NCBI GenBank assembly: GCA_013239625.1
Contig: MU053166.1
Location: forward strand, 124,001-153,273
Direction of reading: 5' to 3'
Source: Lama guanicoe
Taxonomy: Eukaryota
DNA: 29,273 nt
The notes below the pieces were generated by a model. The model made no database searches. It worked only from the letters and a program-made list of their open reading frames with translations, and was not told the DNA's origin. The position numbers were made by a program, and so were the translations under genes. Positions 10,675 to 22,380 of the stretch are shown here, piece after piece; positions within the stretch are counted from its first letter, which is position 1, and each line of letters begins with the position of its first letter.

Positions 10675-12098
10675 TAAAGAGGTATAATTTACATAGCATA
10701 AGATTCAACCAGTGTAAGTGTCCAATTTGCTAATTTTAGTAAAATTGTACCATCATCACCACAATCCAGTTTTTGAGTATGTCCATCACTTTGAAAAAAA
10801 TTCTCTTGAGCACATTTGTAATTAGCTCCTAATTCTCCCCTAGCCTCAGGATGTTCAGATCTGCTTTCCAGTCTTTGTAAATAATACAATATAAACAATC
10901 TGCCTTTTCTTGACATTTTATATAATTGGAATCATACAATATATAATATTTTGCATCTAGCATATTTTTGATGCTCATACATATTTAGCATTTATTACCC
11001 AGTGTTTCCTCCTTTTTATTGCTGAAGAGTATCCTGTCGTATATCATACGACAGTTGGTTTATGCATTCACCCACCAGCTGATAGGCATTTGGATTGTTT
11101 CCAGATTTGGGCTATCATGAATGATGCTGCTGAGAATATTTACATACAAGTCTTGTGTGGACAGATGTTTTCACTTCTCTTGGATAGAATCCTAGGAGTG
11201 GAATTGCTGGATCATATGGTAGCTTTATGTTTAACTTTTTGAGTAACTGACAAAATGTTTTCCAAAGTAACTAAACAGTCTTATTTTTCTCCCCGCAATG
11301 TATAAAGGCTCCGGTTTCTTTACATTCTTGCCAGTACTTGGTATGGACCGTCTTTTGATTACATTCTATTATCACATTGTGGTTTAATTTGTATTTCCCT
11401 ACTGAAAAATAATATAGAGCACTTTTCTTCATATGCTTATCAGCTATTTACATGTGTTCTTTGGTGAAATGCCTGTTCATGTCTTTTGTCCATTTTCTAT
11501 TTTGAGTTGTTTGTCTTATTCTTTAAATATTTTGATATATTATTTGCAAACATGATCATCTAGGCTGTGGACTGTAGTTTCAGGTTAAATGGTGTATTTT
11601 GAAATAAAAGGTTTATAATTCTAGGAAAGTCCAAGTTTCCATTTTTGAAATGAGTAATGCTCTAGTAGTTCTGTAAGAGAATTCTTTGCCTAACTCAGGG
11701 TAATGAAGACTTTCACCTATTAGCTGTTGTTGTTCAGAAGTTTTATAGTTTTAGCTCTTATATTTATGTTTATGAGCTATTTTGGGTACATTTTGTGTGT
11801 GTGGTATGAATAAAAAGCATGAGCTTGTTATTCTTGTTTTAATTTGGCTGTTCAGTTGTCTTGGAACTACTTAGTGAAAGGACTATCCTTTATCTATGAA
11901 ATATCTTGGTATTTTTGTTGAAAACCAAATGACCAAAAATGTAAGGTTTAATTTCTGAACTATCAGGGTTTGTTTTTCCATTTATCTTTATGCCTGTCCT
12001 TATGCTATTCCATAATGTCTTGACCACTGTAATTTTAAAGCGAGTTTTGAAATCAGATATTTTTAAGTCCTCCAACTTTGTTCTTTTTTTCAAAGTTG
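10675..12098 (-). mobile_element. Old L1M (L1MB-like) 3' portion
   Basis: gaggtataatttacatagcataa 3' terminus, cctaggagtggaattgctggatcatatggt, and ORF 11890-12117 (KKRTKLEDLKISDFKTRFKITVVKTLW) resembling ORF2. Confidence 0.9.
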
Positions 12099-12099
12099 G

Positions 12100-12665
12100 A
12101 GAAACTTTAATGGTCATACTTTGCCAGGGGGATGAGGAGGGATGTTCAGCGATATAATCACTGGAGCTAATAGTTTGGCATAAAATCTAGCAATTGTGAG
12201 ACACTTATCCCTGAGAAGTGAAAACTTGCTATCATGCAGAAACTTAAACACATGTTCAGAGCCGTTTTATTTGTAATAGCCTTAAACTGGTAGTTACTCA
12301 TCTGTCCCTCAGTGGCGAAACAAACTGTGGTGTATCCACATCACGGAACACTACTCAGCAATACAAGAGTGTGAACTATTGATAACATGCAACGACTTGG
12401 ATGAACATAGAAGAAATAGAGTAAAAAATGTTAGTCTCAAAGGTATATATACTGTATTTGTCAAATAGCATAAGTATATAAATGGATACTGATGAGTAAT
12501 TGCCAAGTGATGAGGACAGGGGGGTTGCGTGGTTGTAAAAGAGTAGCGTGAATTATGGTGATGGTACAGTTGTGTATCTTATTAGTGATTGTAATTATGC
12601 AAAACCCAATGTGATAAAATTGCATAGAGCTACACACACATAGAAAGATGAGTACATATAATAAT
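12100..12665 (+). mobile_element. Old L1M (L1MC/L1MD-like) 3' end
   Basis: ttatttgtaatagccttaaactgg, aaactgtggtgtatccaca...ctactcagcaata, aaattgcatagagctacacacaca. Confidence 0.8.
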
Positions 12666-12869
12666 TTCAAGAGATAAAGCTGAAAAAAATGTGAAAAAGA
12701 ACAAAGTTCAGGGTTTCCTGAGAATGTACTTCTGAAAAATAATGTTAAAGAAAAATAATAAATATGGCTTATTAAAACCTTTTAAAAAGTAACACAAGAA
12801 AGTTGTAGAAAATTAAGAAAACAAACTCCCCAAAGATACAGAAAGTATGATAAATTCTCACATAAAGGA

Positions 12870-13530
12870 TAGCTGCTCTTAATATCTGGTGTACACATTT
12901 TTCTTTCTTTTCATGAATGTAATAAATACTGTTTTGTAATATGCTTTTAAAAATATTACATTGTGAGCATTTTACCATATCATTAAATAGACTTCCACAA
13001 TGTCCTTTAAAATGTTTATATAAAAGGAAAATATGTGGAAACGTCATAACTTCTAAATAAATTATTGTTGGACATTTAATTAGGTTTCTATTTTTAATAT
13101 GACAAGCAGAGATGTAATAAACATACAGAATTTTCTTTACATAAACCCATATTATTTATTAGGATACACTTCTAGACGTAGAAATTCTGGGTAAACACTT
13201 GGGCATATTTCTAATGTTTTTTGGAAATATCTTGCAAAATTGCTCTCAAGTCATTGTACCAATTTATAGTCCCACCAGGAATATATAAATTGTCGCACAT
13301 ACATACTCATATATTCAAAAACACTGGACATTATTAGTGTTAAGACATATAATTTTGATAAATGTTATATTCTACATATATACAATGATACATAGATATT
13401 TATTTCATTACCTTAATAGGCAAAATGAATCTCACTACTGTCTTACTTTGAATTGTCATTTTTTCACATGCTTATTGGCCATTTGCATTTTCCTTTGGTG
13501 ATTTGCCCACTAGTTCATTTACTTATTTTC
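12870..13530 (-). mobile_element. Ancient L1ME-like 3' fragment
   Basis: attgttggacattta, aggatacacttctagacgtagaaattctggg, tgtaccaatttatagtcccacca, catgcttattggccatttg. Confidence 0.7.
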
Positions 13531-14652
13531 TGTTAGAAGATTTAACATTGTCTCTAAACAGCTTTTGTTCTAATCAGTTTGCAATGATACCCTATTTTCA
13601 GATTTTGAAGAGATTGACATCATTTTTAACCGATACAGGTGTAGGACATATGCTTTTTCAAAGTATGGAATTCTGTGAAATTCCTCTCTTGCACTTATCT
13701 TTGGCCAGTGTTCAACAAACTGAACACTATGTACTGAATTTTACCAATTTGGAAAGTGCTAAGGGAAGCCAATATCATTCTCTTCCTATTAGAACCAAAA
13801 AAGTTAATGAAATACTGTGATTTTTCTGTAATATCTTCAGTAGTCAATATGTAGAAATGATTTTACTATTTATTTATAAAGTAGTTATTTTATTGTGTTT
13901 ACTTTATGGTCAGTAGGTGTGATATTAACCCTATTCCCCAAGTTCTCTCCCAGGCATAAAATAATACCTCAAGTTATGCCACAAAGAAATGGAAGAAAAG
14001 CAAACTGCTTCTGGCTTGTGTGGCTACTTTTCAGTGTGAGCAGTTAGTATATCTACAAATTAGAATTTTTTTTCTACTTTTGCAATTTGCAGACTCCTTC
14101 CAAAACTCTTTTAACATCTCAGTGATATGGCTTAACTGTCTGTGAAATGTGTGTTGTAGAGATACTGAATGATTTGAAGCTTAATTAATGTTTTAAATGT
14201 CCTTTGAAATCTTGAATTAAAAGGACATTAATATTGCAAAATCCATGAAATGGTAATTGGATTATTTTATTTCTAATTTGTTGAGCATTTTGGATATAGA
14301 AACCAAAAATAAATAGATAAAGACCAAAAGTCAATTTTTGGAAGCTTGGTTACATTTTTCATCCACATGTAATTGGTAGCAAATATATTAAACTTCAAAA
14401 AAAAGAGACAAAGGCAAGGTCATGTCTTAGAACATGGTTTGTATCTCCAATTCATTTCTAACTTGAAAATGTCATGTTTTATCAACACAGTTTTGAGAAT
14501 TCAGCTAACATACCCCGTTTGCTCTAAAGCTCTTTCATTGTTATCTTGTGGGTTTTCCTTATGGTCATTATGCAAGAAGTCATCTTAAGATAATGACTCT
14601 TACAGGCTTTGACTTTAGTTTCCTGGTATAAATTTATCAGAAGGTATCTGCT

Positions 14653-14668
14653 TGTGTGTGTGTGTGTG
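14653..14668. repeat. (TG)8 microsatellite
   Basis: Read directly from the sequence. Confidence 0.9.
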
Positions 14669-15419
14669 AGAAAGGAGCAGAGGGGTGCTATGGAGAAAGG
14701 GTGTGGTCTTTCTTTATTGAAGTGTCAGAAGAATTTATTAGAGACTTACATGAGACATCTCCATCACCATTGTAATTTTTGAACTATATTTTCAATGTAC
14801 ACTTTTTTCTTTGACTTGGCCCTCTTTTCAGCCCCTCCAAATGTTTTGTTGCCTTCTAAGTTACAATACTATTCTTTTGGTTTCTGTACATCTAAGTTGG
14901 ACTAATAGGAATATTTTAATATTTTATTAGCTAAGAGACCTATTCTAAAACTAAGGTGCATTCTCCTATCAGAAAAGCTTGAATCCTTTTGATAAGTGAT
15001 GTAACTTTTACTTAATTCTGTTTCACTTTGACATACTGCAGGTTGACAGGAATCATAGATCTTTTCTATACATTAAAATATTTAAATCCATGAGACCTTC
15101 CTATATAAAGACTATGTCAAGAATGCACATCTGATTACATTATTCTCTTGTGCTGGTCTTCTATGGCTTAGTTCTGTGACACATGAAGTTGATCACATGG
15201 CTATACAGTTCTCTATGATCAGATCACAGTGCCTGCCTCTTTCAGTCTCTTTTTTCCCCAACCTTCTCAGTTCTAGCTTTGCTAGAGACCCCCCACCTCA
15301 CTACCAGTTCTTAGGAAACCCTGGTTTCTTTTTACTCCGGGGATTTGCACAGTTTTCTGTGAAACAAGACTATCTCCAATTCCAATTCTATCTTTCAAAG
15401 GCTAATGCCACCCAGCTTG

Positions 15420-15640
15420 TAGACTGCCTTCCCTGGAATGCCATCTTCTAAACCTAGTTTAGTGTATTGCACCCTTATAATAATTTAATGAATGTATACA
15501 CTTAACAAATAAGTTATGATTGTATAACTTAGTGCCATATGAGACATGGAACCAACCAGTTTGGCTCATCATTTCAACCCCCATTGTCCTGCCCAGTGCC
15601 TGGCACATAGGAGACCCCAGATAAGTATCTATTGACCCCA
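15420..15640 (+). mobile_element. L2 3' end fragment
   Basis: ccttccctggaatgcc...cccagtgcctggcacataggagaccccagataagtat. Confidence 0.65.
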
Positions 15641-16044
15641 TTGATGTTGTATGTTTCAGATATAAGTGCATGTTAGACATACAGCAGGAGAAAAGTTTAG
15701 AGATAGTCTACTGTCATTTACAACCTATTATCTAACTTCTGCTTGCCTGTCTGTACAGATAGGGCCCTCTTGCATCATCAGCAGCTCATTTTATTTTCAG
15801 ACAGCACAGACTGTTACAATGCCAATTATTTTTCAATCAAAATTTTCTCTTTAATATTACTCTTCTAAAGATAGGGCATATTAGATGATTAGCACTTGAT
15901 TATGTTTCATTGCTCATGGTCATATATATCCAAGGTGTATTGAGAGCAGTCATCAGTTTTAAATATAACTTGTTCTACCCTGATTAGAGGGAGCTTTTAA
16001 ACCATGGCCTCCATGACTTTCTTCCATAGCATCCATTATATACA

Positions 16045-16140
16045 ATAATGATAATGGCTAATACTTACTGAGAATCTCTTCTTTGTTCTAGGTGTTGTAA
16101 GTACAGTAACTAATTTACAACAATAACTCTGCAAGGTACT
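16045..16140 (-). mobile_element. MIR 3' fragment
   Basis: aataatgataatggctaatacttactgag...gttctaggtgttgtaagt. Confidence 0.55.
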
Positions 16141-17358
16141 TTAGTACTGTCTTAACTATACATCACAAAACATATACACAAAATTATTTACTTTTTAGTA
16201 GGTTTGTGAAAGTAGTAATTAATAATGCTGCTTCCTATTAGTAATTTAATAAGAATTAGATTAAGTACCAAAGATAGTTGAGTATTTTGCCAAGTACAGA
16301 GTAATCTGAGGGAAGACGGGAATTCCTGGCCAACACAGGACTGGGAGCAGTGCTGCTGGGAGCAGGGGATGCAATTATGTCTCAGATACAGAAGGGCTTC
16401 CAGATGGAGGATGAGGGAACCAGAACTGAGAGATGGGTAACACAGGAAAACAAACATCCCTTCTTCATGAGTCTAGAACCATTTCAACTGCCCTCACAAT
16501 TTAGTTTTAATTACAAGTTAATTTCAAGCCCGAATGTGTCAAGATGTGACCTTCAACAGATCCAGAGTCAGCATTTCCCTTGATTTCAGAGATGATTCTC
16601 ACTCACTAGGAAGGTTTTCATAGAGCAAATATTTTGGTTTCTCACTTGTCAAAAGAGAACTGGGTTTTCTGTTTACTGTGTAACTTATGTAAGTAAGCGT
16701 CAGCATTAAAAACTAACTGGAAATTTCATTGTCTTCTCCAGAATTCACACTGTTTTCAAAAACAGAGTTCAATTTAAGGTGCAAATTATAATGTGTGTTT
16801 TGAACTATAACCAAATCATAATGTATTGAGGTTTCAAACAATGAAATAAATGACTGTTACTTGTTCACATGATAACATTGAAAATAAATTTAATCCTTAT
16901 TTCTCTGGAAAGGAGATAAAAAATGTTCTTCAATGTAATATTGATGTTAAAATTCTCCTACCTAAATATTAGGGACTCTCACAGAGAATTGTGCACCATT
17001 ATAAATAATTTAATGCTGGCAAACTCCCAATATGCATGTTGCTTTCTTTGGCAGGTACTGAATGTTTTGAGGAATAGAGTTTGTGTATTATTTTTGTCAT
17101 GCTGAGCCATTCTGTTCTTTTCCTCAGCAAAACTAAGTTCAACAAACATAGCAACTGAGAACTTCTGAGAGAGATTTTTTTTGTAAGTAATACCAACTGC
17201 AAACCTTTTCAGATGATCATATATTTATTTTTGCTCCCCAATTAAATGTCTTAATAAGCAAGTAAAATATTTCCATATTCTATGGTATGTAGTATCAGTA
17301 AAACATACGTGTTCTTTTTATTCCTGCATTTATGGACTAGTTCATGCCAAGTCTTATG

Positions 17359-17551
17359 CTGGGTTTCCCAACCTGCAGGCCACAGATGGGTTCCAAATGG
17401 CTCATGACTGCTTAAATTACATGAAAATTTTTGTGTGAATGTACTTACAAATATAATTTCTATTGTTTTCCTTTTTCCTGGGAAAGGATTCCTAGAGTTT
17501 GTCAGCTTAGCAGAGGGCATTTTATAAGAAACAAGAAATTAAGAATCAGTG
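17359..17551. mobile_element. Non-autonomous hAT-Charlie DNA transposon (Charlie4z-like)
   Basis: Decayed TIRs ctgggtttcccaacct...ttaagaatcagtg. Internal aaaatttttgtgtg and ttcctgggaaaggattcctagagtttgtcag. Confidence 0.65.
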
Positions 17552-17556
17552 CTTCT

Positions 17557-17876
17557 CAAGAGGTTTCTAGGGCAATGAAATTGTTCTGTATGAGACAATA
17601 GTGGTGGCTACAGGTCATTATGCATTTGTCAAAACCCATAGAATATACGACATCAAGAGTGAACCCTAATGTAAACTATGGACACTGGATAATAATGTTC
17701 CATGTTGGTTCATCAGTTGTACCAATTATGCCACACTGATGGGGGATGTTGAGGCTAGGGGAGTATATATGTGGGGGTGGGGAGGGCTATGTGTGAACTC
17801 TCTGTATTTTCTGCTCAGTTCTGCTGTGAACCTGAAACTTCTCTAAAAAAAAATAAACTCTGTTAATAAAAAAAGA
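17557..17876 (+). mobile_element. 5'-truncated L1 (L1MC1-like 3' end) with TSD
   Basis: catttgtcaaaacccatagaa...agagtgaaccctaatgtaaactatgga...gctgtgaacctgaaact, then an A tail. 16-bp TSD aagaatca(g/a)tgcttct at 17541-17556 and 17877-17892. Confidence 0.92.
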
Positions 17877-17923
17877 AAGAATCAATGCTTCTGTCTGCAA
17901 TCAGCATTAACTTTCAGACGGCT

Positions 17924-18160
17924 AATAATAAGAGTTGACATTTATTGGGCACTTAATTTGTACTAAGTATTGGTTTAAGTTCTCTATGCATAATAACATT
18001 TAATAGTCTCAACTGTCTATGAAAGTAGGCTCTAATTTTATTTCCACTTTATAGATGAGAGAATTGAGTCATAGAGGCTTAGTAATGTGCCAGGTACCAC
18101 TCAGCTAGTAAATGACAGAGCAAGGATTTGAACCTGGGCCACTAGTTTCCATTGCTATAA
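17924..18160 (-). mobile_element. MIR SINE, near full length
   Basis: gacatttattgggcactta...ccactttatagatgagagaattgagtcatagag...cagctagtaaatgacagagcaaggatttgaacctggg. Confidence 0.85.
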
Positions 18161-20149
18161 GGTATAAGAGTAAATGAATTTCATTAAAAATGTATATGGT
18201 TAAGTTCTGTGGATCAGACATTTCTTTAATTATTTTATACATGTTATTTTATGTGATCACCACAGTAACATTATGGATTCAATATAGTTTATTGTCTACA
18301 TTTTATAATCGAGAAGACTAAAGTTTGAATAGTTTAATATATGAATGAAATAATGTCTATGCCATGGACATCTACAGATTGTCCAGTGAATGAAATATTC
18401 CCATTTTTTTCTCTTCCTGAAGGCATTATATGTAAAAGAGACACAAAGATTTGAAAAAAGAAAACATGTTCTCTGACTACAGTGTTTCTGTACCACATAA
18501 AAAGCTTAGGAAAGCAATGAAGTTGAAGTAGAGATAAAACCCCAACATTAGCATTCCTAGTCAGAAAATATTCTCATGGAAAAAATCAGTATGGATAACC
18601 AGAAAGGGAAATTTTGGATGCCTACTTTCATTTAGGTCCATAACCAGCTGTAATTTTTCTCCAGGTAAGAAACAGGTCAGTTCCATTTCACTTGCTCTTC
18701 TGCTGGGTACCTATGTTATGGGTACCAAGATTCTTTCAAAGATTTTTTATCCTTAGAGCTATCTCCTTGAATTTATTGACTTCATTTCACTTTGCATGAA
18801 AATGATTCAGCTTGGTTGCATCCACTTAAAGCCAACTTTCTTTTAAAGTACTGTGGAATTCCTGAACAGTTTAGATGTTTGCCAGACTCACAAGTCTTAA
18901 AGAAAATCTGCGGTTGACAGCCTTGCCTGTGCTCATCATTTGCTGTCCTCTACTTTCCAGCTCTCCCCCTTAGCTGAATCCTGACCTTCTCCCAGAGGCC
19001 ACCTCTGCCCCCTGGGCTGGGGGAGGCTGTCTGCTCCAGGCTTTCAGGTGCTGTTTCTGATGAGAACTTCACTGCCGTCCTCTAGTCACCCACCAGCGTC
19101 CACATCTCCCATCTGCCCGTTCTCTCCAAATCTCTCTTTCCAGCTCTTTACACTTTCTCCCTTATATATCTGTATTTTATTTTGTTTTCTTCAGCCTGTC
19201 ACCATCTTTACTTTCTGGTTTTATAATCTCTGCTGGCAACCTATCTAAACATGGACTTAAATTGCATTGTTCACAATATTCACATCAGTCACCTCCCAGC
19301 ATCTCTCTAAAACCTGGCAATGGACTATGAAAGCATTGTAATGTAGTAGAAGGAACACAGGCATTAGAAATGGACCGGGCTGTGTATTTCCTAGCTGGGA
19401 GGCTTTATTCAGTTGGTGCATTGAAGTCTACTATTATGCCTGCTAATAGAAATAATACATGTTTCTCCAAAAGTTATTTTGAAATTGTACATGTGATTTT
19501 GTTAACTATAGCTAGCTAGGCAAATTATAAAACTAACTAAAAGAGGGCTGTTCTCAGATTAATGATGATAATGGTAAAGGCAAAGATTATGAATTTAATC
19601 CAATTCTCCAGAGCTGAGGCCTATTTAAAACAATTTAAAAATTGCAATATTATAAAAGTACCAATTCTTAGTTCTTAGTTTATTCAATACATTTTGTTCA
19701 GTATCTTCTATATGCAAGACTCCATGTTTGTAACTATATTGGGTTCAAAATTTTGTAAGAATAATGTATCAGGATTTTGGTTTAAATCCTTAAAATATTT
19801 ATAATTATCTCTACTGACATATCTATAAATGCTATTTTTATGAAGATGACTCAACTTATACTTTCTAAAAATTTAAATGAAAATCATAGCAATTCTAGTC
19901 CATTTCTCACACCCATCTTGCCTCAGTTCAGCAGTAGGATTCATTCATTCATGACACAGTGTGCTAAAGGAAGTCAGTAAATAGGCTAAGATCAAGAAAC
20001 TTCTAAACTAGTAGAGGAAATATATATTCTTTCACGATCATATCGAAGATAGAATGCCCTCCCCTATCTTCTCTTTCCTCTAATTTTGATTCAGTTTCTT
20101 TACTGTACTTATTTATTCTCTATCAAATGTATGTATTTTCTACCTATCC

Positions 20150-20420
20150 CATTACAATGTGGATCCCTTGAGAATAGGATATTGTGTCTCTTGTTCATTG
20201 CTGCATCCCCAGAATTTACACTTAGTAATCAACACTTAGAAGCCACCCCTTGCAGAGTTAAGGCACACTGATGAATCTGTGTGATTATCTGATCTTTCTG
20301 TCTCACTCTGTCTCTCTGTGCTTCAAACTCCATGAGGACAAGGGTCATGTGTATTCGGCTCATCACTGCCCCAGGGTGACCTCCAAAATACTTGGTATAT
20401 TGTGTATGACCAATAAATAG
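20150..20420 (+). mobile_element. Two adjacent L2 3'-end fragments
   Basis: cccttgagaataggatattgtgtctcttgttcattgctgcatccccag and aaactccatgaggacaagggtcatgtgtattcggctcatcactg. Confidence 0.65.
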
Positions 20421-20809
20421 GACAAACCATTATCAAATAAAGAGGAAATCAGATACTGTCTTTTCATTTCTTTTGAAAAATCTATGATATAAATTTAGCT
20501 TTCCAGAGTAACTTATATTAGCCTAGTTAAACCTCATGGCTGTAATCCTTTATTGGGTGGTGTGCTCTTAATGTGCATATGTCTTATTTTTCCATCTAGA
20601 TTACACTGCTATTATATTCTTTATTGGAGCCAAAAGATTATTGCTTATAGAGGGCTACATAAATAAATATTTAGACCAGGCACACATTTTATTTCCTCTC
20701 TATTTGGCCATGTCCTCTGTGGGTCATTGTCCTGTTTTATCTTGCTTAGGACTTTGCATAGCTTTCTTCATGTTATACTGTTACTTGTTTATTTTGGAAT
20801 GTAAGTGGA

Positions 20810-21400
20810 TATATTTATTTCTAACTTTCCTTTTTCTCAAAAGTTCTTTACTCCAGCTTACAAGAAATAAGACAACATTTTAAAAAATTAAGAATGAAGA
20901 GACAAAGTGAAAACAAATGGATACAGGAATAGAATCAGTACACAAATACACACTATGAATTACCAAGTATATCCGGTAAGAGTGAGCAGTGAATTTGCCT
21001 CCTAGTGGAAATTACTACAAACACAGCAAAATGGTCTTTCATGTTACTTACTAATTCATGTGATAGAAATGAACAGATTATTTCTAAGGAGTCACACTAT
21101 GGCTCATAATAAGACTAGGAAGAGTTTTTCCCTGTTGTCCTCAGGAAGAACATCCAATTTTAATCAATGAGCAACATCCCCAACAACAGTCTTCCTGTTG
21201 GCAATTATCCCTGTCTTATCCCTCACGCCCCACAGCACAGTTACATGATGGCGGTTCCTCCAGGGACCAGTGCTTGGTGGTCCAGCCTGTGTCTTTCTGC
21301 TGACTGGGTTTAATCTGAGAAATTCAGGCTGTGTTCCTTTAGGAAACCCTGTGCTTTTGATGAACAGTTAAGTAATAGTTTCCAGAATTACTTCCTTGCC
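20810..21400 (-). mobile_element. Possible ancient L4 (RTE-X) fragment
   Basis: tttatttctaactttcctttttctcaaaag...cagcttacaagaaata resembles the L4 terminus as I recall it. The extent is uncertain. Confidence 0.3.
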
Positions 21401-21453
21401 TCTGCTTGGAGTGTTGTTACATTCGTATAATCAGACAAACGTTTGTAATTTGG

Positions 21454-21488
21454 GGGAAACCAGGTCTCTGGGGCAGACCTGGTTTCCC
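21454..21488. repeat. Perfect 14-bp inverted repeat with 7-nt spacer
   Basis: GGGAAACCAGGTCT-ctggggc-AGACCTGGTTTCCC. Confidence 0.95.
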
Positions 21489-21571
21489 TGGACATTCAGT
21501 CTGTACTTTGAAATGTACTGTGCATTTTCATCTCTGAAGGGATCCTTCCAGGAAACCCCAGGACACAGCCA

Positions 21572-21611
21572 GAAACAAACAAGCAAACAAACAAAAGAAA
21601 AAAACAAACAA
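21572..21611. repeat. Imperfect (AAAC)n / A-rich microsatellite
   Basis: gaaacaaacaagcaaacaaacaaaagaaaaaaacaaacaa. Confidence 0.75.
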
Positions 21612-21719
21612 CCCCCCCAAACTTAAAACTAAAAAGAGACCAGTAATCCAGGATTCACAAAGATGGGTGAAATCTGATCAAATGTCCTAGTAGAGATTGT
21701 GTGAGTGAAGCTGAATGTG

Positions 21720-22380
21720 GCCTCGGACCACGCTGCATGGAGTTCTTACTACCGAGCAAACAAAGTATTAATTTTTGCCCCTTGAAGACAATTTACGGCT
21801 GAGGCAGGAGTCTGCGGAGCAACCAGGCAGGAGACAAAGCACAGGAATGTGGGATTTGGCCCCCGGCACATGAGCAGTCATATCCTTCTGAGAGAGTGCA
21901 TTTTGTCTTTACTGCCTCCGATAGCTCCCTCTGTTTAAAGGTAATATGACTCCCGTTTTGGTGATCCCCTTTAAGGAATGGGATATCAAGTATGTGTACA
22001 AGGAAATACTTCCGGAAAGGGACAAGAGCGATTAAAATTTTAAAAAAATGATTAAAAAAATCGAAGCATCCCCAAACCCAGAAACCTGTGCTAAGTTAGT
22101 GAAGCGTATGTGCTAGTATCTTTCTGGAAAAATCCCCAGTTCTTCGTCATTCCAGCGCTGCAGTGGGAATCAAAGCCCGTAACCATACACAGAGCTCAGA
22201 TCCTAGTGGCCATGGAACTCCCTTGACTTGATGTTATGCTGGGTGGTGTGTTGGTTCTCCCTTAAAGAATCCCCTGAAAACTGGGGAGGAGCAGGAAGCA
22301 AGTTGTCCTTCCAGACCTGCTTTGCAGAGCGGCCACTCTGGCGCCCTCAGAAGACAGCAGCTGTGGCGTGTTCGAGGCTC
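21720..22380. promoter_or_regulatory. CpG-retaining unique segment, candidate enhancer or promoter
   Basis: About 19 CpGs by hand count in 660 bp, in an otherwise CpG-poor window. ETS consensus ACTTCCGG at 22008-22015. Confidence 0.4.

Noticed and set aside
10675..12665. A second 5'-inverted L1 at the 12098/12100 junction
   Set aside because: Each side has its own, different 3' end, so these are two independent elements lying head to head.
18706..18726. Small hairpin ggtacctat-gtt-atgggtacc
   Set aside because: A 9-bp stem with a wobble pair is expected by chance.
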